This document shows positions 15,505 to 24,618 of a stretch of 32,000 nucleotides of DNA, piece by piece; positions within the stretch are counted from its first letter, which is position 1, and every line of letters starts with the position of its first letter. Source of the DNA: an archaeon (GTDB taxonomy: Archaea; Iainarchaeota; Iainarchaeia; Iainarchaeales; JANQMZ01); NCBI GenBank assembly GCA_028279805.1, contig JANQMZ010000007.1, positions 270,001 to 302,000 on the forward strand. The letters run 5' to 3'. Made by a program: the position numbers and the translations under genes. A model generated the notes under the pieces. It did no database searches, was not told the DNA's origin, and saw only the letters and a list, made by a program, of their open reading frames with translations.

Positions 15505-16869
15505 TTAGGCTGAAGAAACGCTTTTTTGATTCATGTTATTCATGGTTTTGTTAATCCAGAAATATCCTATTATTGATGATAAAATGTTTCCCAATGCAAT
15601 TGCTGTCCAAACGCCTGTGATTGAAAAATTAAAAATTTGTGTTGAAACGTATGCCAGTGGAATTGAAACAACTACAAACCGGATAAAAAATATCCAGAAA
15701 CCCGGCCACGATCTTCCGATGGCCTGAAAAGCACTTGCTTCAACCATTGCCATTGCAAGAAAACCATAGCTTAATGCAACAATCCAGATGTATGAAAGAG
15801 AATATTCCGTAACAATCGGATTGTCTGTAAATATGCTGATAATTGTGTTTGATAATAAAATTGCAACAATTCCCAAACCTGCCGCACCAACAAAACTATA
15901 CTTTAAGGCTTTTGAAAAAGATTCTTTCGCCCTTTGAATGTTTTTTGCCCCAATGTTTTGGCCGATCATTGCCAACGCTCCGAAGCCAAAGCCTATTGCG
16001 GGCAGGAATGCAAAAAATTCTATTCTGAAACCCAGACTGAAAGCAATCGCCCCTGGTTCCATAAAACCTAATGAAACAACAAGCATTAAAGCAATTAAGC
16101 CAATGGGATTAATTACTTGTGTTAATGATGCAGGAATTCCTATTCCTAAAACTTTTTTTACTGATTCCCATTGAAAACTTAAATTTTTGAAACGAAATGT
16201 TACTATTCTGTTTTCTCTTGATAACAAATATATTCCGATTATTATGAAAATTGATTGGGAAATAAGTGTTGCTATTGCTGCTCCTGAAATTCCTAAAGCC
16301 GGAAATCCAAACCATCCGAGTATTAATAACGGATCCAAAATTATGTTAACTAATGTTGATAAAGCAAAAAGTTTTGTTAAGGTTAAAGTGTCTCCCTCTG
16401 AATTAAATGCAAACATTATTGTCATTAAAATAAAAAGTAAAATTGAGCCACCGGCGGTTATTGTAAAATAATCCAATGCCGGCTGAAATATTAATCCGGT
16501 TGCACCTGAAAGCGTTAATAATTCATTTCTGAATAATAAGGAAAGTGCAGTGAAAAATATTGCCGCAATAGCTGATAATACAAAGGATTGTCCTAAAACC
16601 CGTTCAGCTTCTTTCATGTTTTTGGATCCTATGTGCATTGCCATTATTACTCCTGAGCCAATGGTTATTCCCATGCTTAAACCTACCATGGCAAACAATG
16701 CCAGTTGTGCAATGCTTACAGCTGCTATTGCTTCTGCTGACAACTTGCTTACCCAGAAAGCGTCTACAATGTTGTAAAGAGTGTAAAAAAATACTGAAAG
16801 CATTAAAGGCCAGGCTAATGACCATAATTGTTTTCTAATATTGCCTTTGGTTAAATCCTGCCCTTCCAA
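15505..16869 (-). CDS. MATE-family efflux transporter
   Basis: 454 aa with about 12 helices. The N-terminus IRKQLWSLAWPLMLS....LYNIVDAFWVSKL is typical of MATE/NorM proteins. Confidence 0.85.
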   Translation of the reverse strand: MEGQDLTKGNIRKQLWSLAWPLMLSVFFYTLYNIVDAFWVSKLSAEAIAAVSIAQLALFAMVGLSMGITIGSGVIMAMHIGSKNMKEAERVLGQSFVLSAIAAIFFTALSLLFRNELLTLSGATGLIFQPALDYFTITAGGSILLFILMTIMFAFNSEGDTLTLTKLFALSTLVNIILDPLLILGWFGFPALGISGAAIATLISQSIFIIIGIYLLSRENRIVTFRFKNLSFQWESVKKVLGIGIPASLTQVINPIGLIALMLVVSLGFMEPGAIAFSLGFRIEFFAFLPAIGFGFGALAMIGQNIGAKNIQRAKESFSKALKYSFVGAAGLGIVAILLSNTIISIFTDNPIVTEYSLSYIWIVALSYGFLAMAMVEASAFQAIGRSWPGFWIFFIRFVVVSIPLAYVSTQIFNFSITGVWTAIALGNILSSIIGYFWINKTMNNMNQKSVSSA

Positions 16870-16895
16870 AATTAATCACAGTAAAGAAAAGGCAG

Positions 16896-17606
16896 TTAAA
16901 TTTTTAAAGAGATGAATATTTCTCCGAAAAATTTTTCCTGCCACATGATTATTTTGTTTTCATTTGCCAGAAAAAGCAATGGTAAAAAAGTGTAAACAAT
17001 TTCCAAAACGGTGTGTTCATCCAGCAATTGTGAAAACAAAACCATTCCCTGTGAATCTTTTCTTTTTTGAATTTTTTCAAAAACTGTTTTCATTTTTTCA
17101 TCAATATCTTCTTCAATTAACTGAACATCAAAATCAGGTTTTTCGTTCCTTTCTCTTTCACGCTGGGCTTTTGTTTTTGTTTTTTCAATAATTGATTCAA
17201 TATTTTCAACCAGTTCATCCAGTGAAACTTTTCCTTCTCTGATGCGCGTAGTGGAAGCTAATTCGGGCAGCATTCCTTCCAATTCCAGTTTTTCCTGTTC
17301 TGATATTTCAGGTTCTTTTTCTTCTTCAATTGATGAAAATTTTAATGTTTTGGCTTTTGACCTCACTAAAATTGCGCAGCATAAAAAAGCATTTGCCGGC
17401 ACTTTTAAATTAATTGACTGCATTTGCTGAATTTTTTCCAAATATTTTGTTGCCAAAAGAGAAACATCAATGTTCCAGACATTCATTTTTTCTTTTTTAA
17501 CCAAGTCAAGCAGAATGGTTTTCCATTCAGGCTGGTCAACAAGTTTTACAAAATCCACATTTTCATGTTCTGTTTGTTCTTCCTGTTTTACCTGTTCTTT
17601 TTTCAT
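16896..17606 (-). CDS. scpA: Segregation and condensation protein A (kleisin)
   Basis: N-terminal winged-helix signature LLDLVKKEKMNVWNIDVSLLATKYLEKI, an acidic middle, and a C-terminal VLEIVYTFLPLLFL. Confidence 0.7.
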   Translation of the reverse strand: MKKEQVKQEEQTEHENVDFVKLVDQPEWKTILLDLVKKEKMNVWNIDVSLLATKYLEKIQQMQSINLKVPANAFLCCAILVRSKAKTLKFSSIEEEKEPEISEQEKLELEGMLPELASTTRIREGKVSLDELVENIESIIEKTKTKAQRERERNEKPDFDVQLIEEDIDEKMKTVFEKIQKRKDSQGMVLFSQLLDEHTVLEIVYTFLPLLFLANENKIIMWQEKFFGEIFISLKI

Positions 17607-17743
17607 GTCGGGAGCCTCTTAAAAAAAATTCATGAAAATTAGTGAAAAAGTAGTATTTAAAGCTATTTAACCAAAAAATATCAAAACAAAGCATTTTAAA
17701 TAAAAAAAGCCAATATAGTAAAAAGTGTTTTTTGGGTTTTCAA

Positions 17744-18457
17744 ATGGACAGAGTTAAAACAGGAATCGCAGGACTAGACGAATTAATGAACGGAGGAATT
17801 CCACAGGGTTCAACAGTGGTTGTATCCGGAGGAACAGGAACAGGTAAAACAATTTTCGGAATGCAGTACATTTACAACGGAGCAAAAGATTTCAAAGAAC
17901 CCGGAATCTTTGTCAGCCTTGAAACAAATTTGAAAAACATTGTCTGGAATATGACAAGCTTTAAATGGGATATTAAAAAAATGCAGGACGCAAAACTGAT
18001 GAAAACTTACAGGTTAAACCTGCACGAGCCTGATAATGAGGAAATGGTTGGAAGAAAATTAAAAGAAGAGCTTGAAGTGATTTTAAAAATGGTTAAAGAA
18101 CTGAAAGCAAAACGCCTTGTCATAGATTCAATTACCGCAATAGGAATATGGGTTGAAAAAAAATCAACACTAAGAAGCCTGTTATATGAATTTACAGACA
18201 AATTAAAAGAATTAAATTGTACGACTTTATTAACAACTGAAACAAGTTCACAAAAAGAAGATTTGTCAGCATTCGGAGTTGAAGAATTTGTATCAGACGG
18301 AGTTATTGCCTTATATTTTTCACCGCCAAACAGGTCATTGTTTGTAAGAAAAATGCGTGGAACAAACCATTCAAGAAACATTCATCCATTAGAAATTGGT
18401 GAAAAAGGTTTAAGCGTAAAACCACAGGACAGGGTCATGTGGGAATCAATCAAATAA
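17744..18457 (+). CDS. Single-domain KaiC-like RecA-superfamily ATPase
   Basis: Contains VKTGIAGLDELMNGGIPQGSTVVVSGGTGTGKT (Walker A) and RLVIDS (Walker B), in about 238 aa. The start is taken at ATG 17744. Confidence 0.8.
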   Translation: MDRVKTGIAGLDELMNGGIPQGSTVVVSGGTGTGKTIFGMQYIYNGAKDFKEPGIFVSLETNLKNIVWNMTSFKWDIKKMQDAKLMKTYRLNLHEPDNEEMVGRKLKEELEVILKMVKELKAKRLVIDSITAIGIWVEKKSTLRSLLYEFTDKLKELNCTTLLTTETSSQKEDLSAFGVEEFVSDGVIALYFSPPNRSLFVRKMRGTNHSRNIHPLEIGEKGLSVKPQDRVMWESIK

Positions 18458-18458
18458 T

Positions 18459-19709
18459 TTAAGTTCCTTCTTTCCAGGAACCCAAATATTTTGATTGTTC
18501 TTTTGTCAAAGAATCTTTTTTTATGTTCATTGTCTTCAGCTGTAACTTTGAAATGTGGTCATCAACGCTTTCAGGCAGCAAATGCACACCTGGGTTTAAA
18601 GAATTTTTTAAAACATATTCAGCTGCAAGAGTTTGCCCGCAAAAACTTAAAGACATAACTGTGGATGGATGTCCTTCAGCTGCTGACAAATTAACAAGGC
18701 GTCCGTCTGCCAGCATGAAAATTCTTTTGTTGTTACGCAAAGTATATTCTTTCATGCTTGGCCTTAATTGCCTTGAACTTTTTGATAATTTTTTTAAAGC
18801 AGGAATTTCAATTTCAGCATCAAAATGCCCTGAATTTGATAAAATTGCCCCGTCCTTCATTTTGGTAAAATGTTCTTTTCTGATAACATTTTTGTTGCCA
18901 GTAACCGTTGTAAATATGTCCCCTAATTTTGCTGCCTGAGCAATAGGCATTACCCTATAACCATCCATTACAGCTTGTAATGCTCTGAAAGCATCAACTT
19001 CACAGACAATTACATTTGCCAGCATTCCGGAAGCCCTGCCTGCAACGCCTTTACCGCAGTCACCATAACCGCATACAACAAAAGTTTTACCGGCAATCAA
19101 AGTGTTTGTAGCACGCAAAATGCCGTCAACAGTGCTTTGTCCTGTTCCGTAAACATTGTCAAACAAATGTTTTGTTTTATTGTCATTAACCGCAATAACC
19201 GGATACTGTAAAATGTTATCTTTTTCCATTGCTCTCAATCTTATAACGCCTGTAGTAGTTTCCTCTGTGCCCCCAATTATATTGTCAAGCAATTCTTTTC
19301 TGTGAGTATGAGCCAATGTAACCAAATCACATCCGTCATCAATTGTAATTTCAGGTTTATAATCTAAAACATGATTAATGTTTTCATAATATTCCTTATT
19401 GCTTTGACCTTTCCATCCGAAAACATGAAAACCTTGTTTTGCCAAAGCAGCTGCGACATCATCCTGTGTGCTTAAAGGATTGCATCCTGCAATTGCAACT
19501 TTTGCTCCCCCGGATTTTAAAGTTCTGACCAAAGCAGCTGTTTCTTTTGTAACATGCAAAGCCAATCCAATTGTTAATCCTTTGAAAGGCTTTTCTTTCT
19601 GCATTCTTTTTCTAACTTCCAACAAGGCACCCATCTGCATTTCAGCATATTCAATATTTTTCTGACCCTGTTTTGCCAAAGACAAATCCTTTACCGCGTG
19701 TTTTTTCAT
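18459..19709 (-). CDS. ahcY: Adenosylhomocysteinase (short archaeal form)
   Basis: Motifs: KVAIAGCNPLSTQDDVAAAL, IIGGTEETTTG, VIAVNDNKTKHLFDNVYGTGQS and VCGYGDCGKG. The start is taken at MKKHAVKD (19709). Confidence 0.9.
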   Translation of the reverse strand: MKKHAVKDLSLAKQGQKNIEYAEMQMGALLEVRKRMQKEKPFKGLTIGLALHVTKETAALVRTLKSGGAKVAIAGCNPLSTQDDVAAALAKQGFHVFGWKGQSNKEYYENINHVLDYKPEITIDDGCDLVTLAHTHRKELLDNIIGGTEETTTGVIRLRAMEKDNILQYPVIAVNDNKTKHLFDNVYGTGQSTVDGILRATNTLIAGKTFVVCGYGDCGKGVAGRASGMLANVIVCEVDAFRALQAVMDGYRVMPIAQAAKLGDIFTTVTGNKNVIRKEHFTKMKDGAILSNSGHFDAEIEIPALKKLSKSSRQLRPSMKEYTLRNNKRIFMLADGRLVNLSAAEGHPSTVMSLSFCGQTLAAEYVLKNSLNPGVHLLPESVDDHISKLQLKTMNIKKDSLTKEQSKYLGSWKEGT

Positions 19710-19757
19710 TTTATCACCAACCTCAAACAAAAGAAACAAAAAAAATAAAAACAAGAG

Positions 19758-20756
19758 TTAAAGAAATTCGGCATATTCTGATGCCAGATGCAAATATTTT
19801 TCCACTTTGTCAAGTTCCTCTTCTTTTGCTTTTTCATCTTTTAACTGTAAAAAAGCCAATCCGGCTACTTTTGAGCGTACATTGGCACGATAACTTTTAT
19901 ACAGGTTTAAAAGTTTTGAAAAGCCTTTTTTGTCACCTGAAAGTTCAATGTAATGGTTTACAAATTTTTTTGACAATTTTCTTTCATTAAAAGCATCTAA
20001 ATCCATAGACATGAAAGCAATTTCTGTAACAATATCTGTAAAATTAATATCGTTGTTAAATTCAATGCAGTCAAAAACTTTTATTTCATCTGTTAAAAAA
20101 ACATTTTTTGAATAAAAATCTCCATGGCATTCTTTAACAAAACCGTTTTTTTTTCTGTTCTTAATAAAAGAATTGTTTTTTTCAACAAAATTTTTGCATT
20201 TTTTTATTAATTTGTCCAGAGTTTCTTCCTGTGACAATTCTTTTTCAACCACGCTTCTAATGCTTGACAAATCTTTAATATGTTTAAAAACAAATTCAGG
20301 TGAACCGTAATTTTTTTCCTTAATTGTGGGAATGTTTTGATGAAAATTATTCATAATGCCGGCAAGTTCTAAAACTTGTTTTGTTGAAACTTTTTTTTGC
20401 TCCAGCAGCAAATCCATTCTTTTATTTTCAGGCAATTGTTTCATTTTAACCGCATAATCAACTGTTTTTCCTTTTCCTTCAAAGAATAATGCGTTATCAT
20501 CTGTCACATTTACAATATCCAGATAAACATCAGAGGATAGTCTTTTGTTTAAAAAAATTTCACGCTCGCAAAAAAATTTTCTTCTGCCCATGGTTGAATA
20601 ATCCAGAAAAGAAAATTTTACCGGTTTTTTTATTTTGTAAGCATAATTTCCGGTTAAAAAAACCCAGGAAGTGTGAGTCTGAATCATTTTAATTTCCTGA
20701 ACTTCAAAAGGATAAGCTTCAGGTTTTTTTAATTCTTCAAGCCTTTTTTCAATCAT
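19758..20756 (-). CDS. APH/choline-kinase-fold phosphotransferase, substrate unknown
   Basis: Catalytic loop HGDFYSKN (HxDxxxxN) and metal-binding VFDCIEF. It overlaps the upstream P-loop kinase gene by 8 nt. Confidence 0.7.
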   Translation of the reverse strand: MIEKRLEELKKPEAYPFEVQEIKMIQTHTSWVFLTGNYAYKIKKPVKFSFLDYSTMGRRKFFCEREIFLNKRLSSDVYLDIVNVTDDNALFFEGKGKTVDYAVKMKQLPENKRMDLLLEQKKVSTKQVLELAGIMNNFHQNIPTIKEKNYGSPEFVFKHIKDLSSIRSVVEKELSQEETLDKLIKKCKNFVEKNNSFIKNRKKNGFVKECHGDFYSKNVFLTDEIKVFDCIEFNNDINFTDIVTEIAFMSMDLDAFNERKLSKKFVNHYIELSGDKKGFSKLLNLYKSYRANVRSKVAGLAFLQLKDEKAKEEELDKVEKYLHLASEYAEFL

Positions 20757-21261
20757 TTAAAGCACCTTTAACATAATTTTGCACTTTTTCAATTTTTTCC
20801 TCCACAGGCATTAAAGCATTCAAAATAAGGTGTTTTTGGGTTATTGGCTCAAAATCTTTTTGAACAATTTTAAAAGCATTCAGGTCTGCCTCGCTTACAT
20901 TGGGATTTGTTTTGCGGTCAAGCATTCTTTTTTTCACTGTGTCAAAATCAATTGAGATAAAAACAAAAAAGAAAGGAACATTTGCATTTTTAGCTGTTTT
21001 TGTTGCTTTATCTCTTATATGTTTTTTATAAAAAGTTCCGTCAAGAATAACATTTTTTCCCTGTTTTGCAAATGCTTCAGCTTTTGAAAAAAGTTTATCG
21101 TAAACTTTTTGTTTTGCTTCATGAGAATATTCACTTTTCTCTGAAAACAGTTCTTTTCGCATGATGTCTGTGTTTAAATGAATCATGTTAAGATTTTCAG
21201 CTAAACGTTTTGCAAGATAACTTTTTCCGGAAGCCGGCAATCCGGCAACAACAATAATCAT
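20749..21261 (-). CDS. P-loop kinase (AAA_33 / gluconate-kinase-like), substrate unknown
   Basis: MIIVVAGLPASGKSYLAKRLA (Walker A) and a DGTF motif, in 170 aa. ATGA overlap with the adk stop. Confidence 0.65.
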   Translation of the reverse strand: MIIVVAGLPASGKSYLAKRLAENLNMIHLNTDIMRKELFSEKSEYSHEAKQKVYDKLFSKAEAFAKQGKNVILDGTFYKKHIRDKATKTAKNANVPFFFVFISIDFDTVKKRMLDRKTNPNVSEADLNAFKIVQKDFEPITQKHLILNALMPVEEKIEKVQNYVKGALND

Positions 21262-21923
21262 TTTTTATCAGCTGTTTCCAAAATTTTTGATTTTGTTCTG
21301 GCAGCAACTTGCTCAACTGGACCCTCACCATTCACAGTGATTAAAATATTTTTATCAGAATAAAATTTTAACAAAGGCTTTGTTTGCTTTTCATAAACTT
21401 TTAACCGGTCCAGAACAATTTCAGGCTTGTCATCATCCCTTTGAATCAATTTTTCTTTACATTCAGGGCAATGAGTTAAGCCTTTATGTTCTTGAATCGT
21501 ATTAACATTAAACAGGTTTCCGCATTTTTGGCATTTTCTTCTTCCTGAAATTCTTTTAACAAGTTCTTCTTCTGCAACATTTAAATTAACAACCGCATTA
21601 ATTTTTTTTCCTGTTTCTTTACTCATCTGTTCAAGTTTTTCAGCCTGAGGAATTGTTCTCGGATAACCATCCAGAATAAAACCGTTTTGACAGTCAGATT
21701 TTGAAATTCTGTGCTTTACAATTTGTGCAACAGTTTCATCATCAACTAACGCGCCGGAAGAAACAATTTTCTGAACCTTTTTTCCCAAATCAGTTTCTGA
21801 AGCAATTTCATCCCTGAAAATGTCACCGGTGGACAATGCGGGAATATTAAGCTCCCCGCTTAAAATTCTGGAAATAGTGCCTTTTCCGGCACCAGGTGGC
21901 CCCAAAAAAACAAGATTTAACAT
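21258..21923 (-). CDS. adk: Adenylate kinase, long bacterial type with zinc-binding lid
   Basis: Motifs: FLGPPGAGKGT, GFILDGYPRT, and the lid CQKCG...CPECKEKLIQRDDD. Confidence 0.9.
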   Translation of the reverse strand: MLNLVFLGPPGAGKGTISRILSGELNIPALSTGDIFRDEIASETDLGKKVQKIVSSGALVDDETVAQIVKHRISKSDCQNGFILDGYPRTIPQAEKLEQMSKETGKKINAVVNLNVAEEELVKRISGRRKCQKCGNLFNVNTIQEHKGLTHCPECKEKLIQRDDDKPEIVLDRLKVYEKQTKPLLKFYSDKNILITVNGEGPVEQVAARTKSKILETADKK

Positions 21924-21964
21924 TAAAAATACCTATTTTTTTAATGAAAGAAACAAATAAAAGT

Positions 21965-23005
21965 CTATTTTACCAGCACATCCAAAACAACCTGTACTTT
22001 TGCAGGTGAAAAAGATCTTACAACAGCTTTTCTTAAAATTTTTATTTTTTTATTAAATTTTTTTGCAGTTTCTTCAAGTTTTTCAATTGGTTTGTCATAC
22101 AACGATTCTTTTTCTTCAAACTGGTAAAAATGAATTGCGCCTCCCGATTTCAGTGAAAGAAAAGCTTCTTTTAAAAAATTTTCACCGCCTTTAGGCAAAG
22201 GCATTACAACCCTGTCAAGCTTATGCGTTAATTTTTCCGGAACAATTTTTTTAACATCTCCAAAAAAAGATTGAACCCTTTGTTCAACATTGTTCAGTTT
22301 GATGTTTTCATCCATTAAATCAAAAGCATCTTTGTTTAATTCAACTGTAAAAATTTTTTCCGCATCAGAATTTTTGGCAAAAATTATTGCAAAGGGGCCG
22401 ACTCCTGCAAAAAAAACTCCCACTTTTTCACCGGGTTCAATTAGTTGTGAAATTCTTTTTCTTTCGGTTGAAAGTCTTGGAGAGTAAAACACTTTTTCCA
22501 GATTCACTTTAAACTGGCATCCGTGCTCTTTGTGCAACGTGTTTAAAGATTTTTTTCCGGCAATGATTTTAACCGGCTGAACTCTGAATTCTCCGCGGTG
22601 TTCTCCCACAATTTTTGCAACGGTTTCAATGTTTTTGTTAACCTGCATTAAAGCTTCCGCAATAATTGTTTCTTTTCCTTTCAAAAATTCAGGAATTTCT
22701 ATTACTGCAACAGAACCAATAATGTCAAAAGATGAAATCAAATGCTCCATTCCTGAGCGTGAAATTTTTCCGTTTAAAGCCTGTTTCAAATTTCTTGGCT
22801 GGAATGATTTTTTTTTAAAAGTTTGTTTAACAACTTCAAAATCTTTTAAAGGCAGATTTTTTTGCAAAATTTTTTTGTTAATGGGAAAAATTATGAAATT
22901 TTTTGTTCTGAGAGGGACAAGGTAATTGTCAATCAGTTTTTTTTTGTTTAAAAATTCTTTAAGCTTCTGAGCCCTTTTCAGAGGCCCTTTAACCCCAAAA
23001 GACAT
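21965..23005 (-). CDS. trm5: tRNA (guanine37-N1)-methyltransferase, Trm5/Taw family
   Basis: Motifs: FYSPRLSTERKR, the SAM-binding VFFAGVGPFAI, and MPLP. Confidence 0.75.
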   Translation of the reverse strand: MSFGVKGPLKRAQKLKEFLNKKKLIDNYLVPLRTKNFIIFPINKKILQKNLPLKDFEVVKQTFKKKSFQPRNLKQALNGKISRSGMEHLISSFDIIGSVAVIEIPEFLKGKETIIAEALMQVNKNIETVAKIVGEHRGEFRVQPVKIIAGKKSLNTLHKEHGCQFKVNLEKVFYSPRLSTERKRISQLIEPGEKVGVFFAGVGPFAIIFAKNSDAEKIFTVELNKDAFDLMDENIKLNNVEQRVQSFFGDVKKIVPEKLTHKLDRVVMPLPKGGENFLKEAFLSLKSGGAIHFYQFEEKESLYDKPIEKLEETAKKFNKKIKILRKAVVRSFSPAKVQVVLDVLVK

Positions 23006-23045
23006 GTATTAGTATTAAAAGAATTAAGTGTTTTAATACTGTTTC

Positions 23046-23873
23046 ATGGTTCAGGAATTATTTTATGAATATTTTGTAAAGCCCATTGTTGACCCTTCCC
23101 TGCAGGGCTATAATCCTGTGAACACAATTGTTTATGGCCTGATTCTTTTGATAATGGCTTTTTATGTTATTTATCCCAATCTTAAAAAAATGGGAATTGG
23201 GTTTGATAAAAAATTTGCATTATCTTTAATTCCTTTCATTTTAATCGGAATAAGTTTAAGAGCAATAACATCTGCAAGACTGTTATATCCTTTGATTCAA
23301 AAAACTGCAAATCCTTTTGAATTAGGCTTCTGGACTTTTACTCCGGGAGTATGGATACTGGTTTTCATTTTAACAGTTTTGGGATTGTTAGTGGCTAAAA
23401 AAAGCAAAAATTTTCATAAAACTTTTGCCGGGTTCGGATTAATTTTTGCACTGCCCTTGTTGCTGTTTAACTTTTTTAATTTTACAGAATGGGCAGGGTT
23501 TCTTGTAATAATTTTGTTAACTGTTCTGGTGACCTATGCAACTTTTTGGGTTGTAAAATTTTTGTTAAAAAAAGATTTGCTTGACAGTTTGTTAAACAAG
23601 CTTGTTCTGGCGGGACAGGTTCTTGACGGAACTGCAACTTTTATGGCTGTAAGTTTTTATTCATTCGGGGAACAGCACTTTGTTTCAAATGCAATTTTGT
23701 CATTAAATCCGGCATTGTTTGTTTTTGTAAAAATTTTGTTAATAGTTTTAATTTTACATTATATTGACAAAGAAGTTGAAGATAAAAACCTGAAAGGATT
23801 TATTAAAATTTTTTTAATAATTCTGGGTTTTGCGACAGGCGGAGCTTCGCTGATAAAAGTGGGACTGATTTGA
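23046..23873 (+). CDS. DUF63-family archaeal membrane protein
   Basis: About 7 helices. The N-terminus FVKPIVDPSLQGYNPVNTIVYGLILL fits my memory of DUF63. No other support. Confidence 0.5.
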   Translation: MVQELFYEYFVKPIVDPSLQGYNPVNTIVYGLILLIMAFYVIYPNLKKMGIGFDKKFALSLIPFILIGISLRAITSARLLYPLIQKTANPFELGFWTFTPGVWILVFILTVLGLLVAKKSKNFHKTFAGFGLIFALPLLLFNFFNFTEWAGFLVIILLTVLVTYATFWVVKFLLKKDLLDSLLNKLVLAGQVLDGTATFMAVSFYSFGEQHFVSNAILSLNPALFVFVKILLIVLILHYIDKEVEDKNLKGFIKIFLIILGFATGGASLIKVGLI

Positions 23874-24617
23874 ATGCTTTACCTGGTTGGAACCGGTTTA
23901 AAGCCGGAACATGTCAGCATTGAAGGTCTGAATTTTTTAAAAAACTGTGATGAAGTTTTTGTTGAAAACTATACAAGCAGGTTTGCAGAGGGAAACTTTG
24001 AGGAAATGGAAAAACTTGTGGGAAAAAAAATTATTCCTCTGAACAGAAAACAGGTTGAAGAAGAATTTGATGAAATTCTGCAAAAAGCAAAAACAACTGA
24101 AATAGGCCTTTTGGTTCAGGGAAACGTGTTTTTTGCCACAACACATTCTCAGATTGTTTCAGATGCAAAAAAAGAAAATGTTAAAATTAAAATTGTTCCC
24201 GGAATGTCATTGTTTGATTTTATAGGAAAAACAGGTTTAAGTTTGTACAAATTTGGGGAAACTGTCAGCATTGTTTTTCATGAAAAAAATTTTAAACCGG
24301 ATTCATTTTATGACAAAATTGTCAAAAATAATGAAAATGGTTTGCATACTTTGTGTTTGCTTGATATTAAGGAAGAAAAATTGATGACAATAACAGAAGC
24401 TTTGAAATTACTGGAAAAAATTGAACAAAAAAAGAAAAATAATATTATTCAAAAAAGCCCGATTGTTGTTTTAAGTGTTCTGGGATCAGATAATGAAAAA
24501 ATTTCTGCAGGAAGCTTTGAAGAATTAAAAAAATTAAAATTTGAAAGCCCGGCTTCAATAATTGTATGCGGAGAATTAAATGAAAATGAAAAACAGGCAT
24601 TAAAAGAATTGAAATAA
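23874..24617 (+). CDS. dphB: Diphthine synthase
   Basis: MLYLVGTGL start, VENYTS, GNVFFATTH and VPGMS motifs of the tetrapyrrole-methylase-fold Dph5 family. The gene abuts the upstream stop with no gap. Confidence 0.85.
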   Translation: MLYLVGTGLKPEHVSIEGLNFLKNCDEVFVENYTSRFAEGNFEEMEKLVGKKIIPLNRKQVEEEFDEILQKAKTTEIGLLVQGNVFFATTHSQIVSDAKKENVKIKIVPGMSLFDFIGKTGLSLYKFGETVSIVFHEKNFKPDSFYDKIVKNNENGLHTLCLLDIKEEKLMTITEALKLLEKIEQKKKNNIIQKSPIVVLSVLGSDNEKISAGSFEELKKLKFESPASIIVCGELNENEKQALKELK

Positions 24618-24618
24618 T

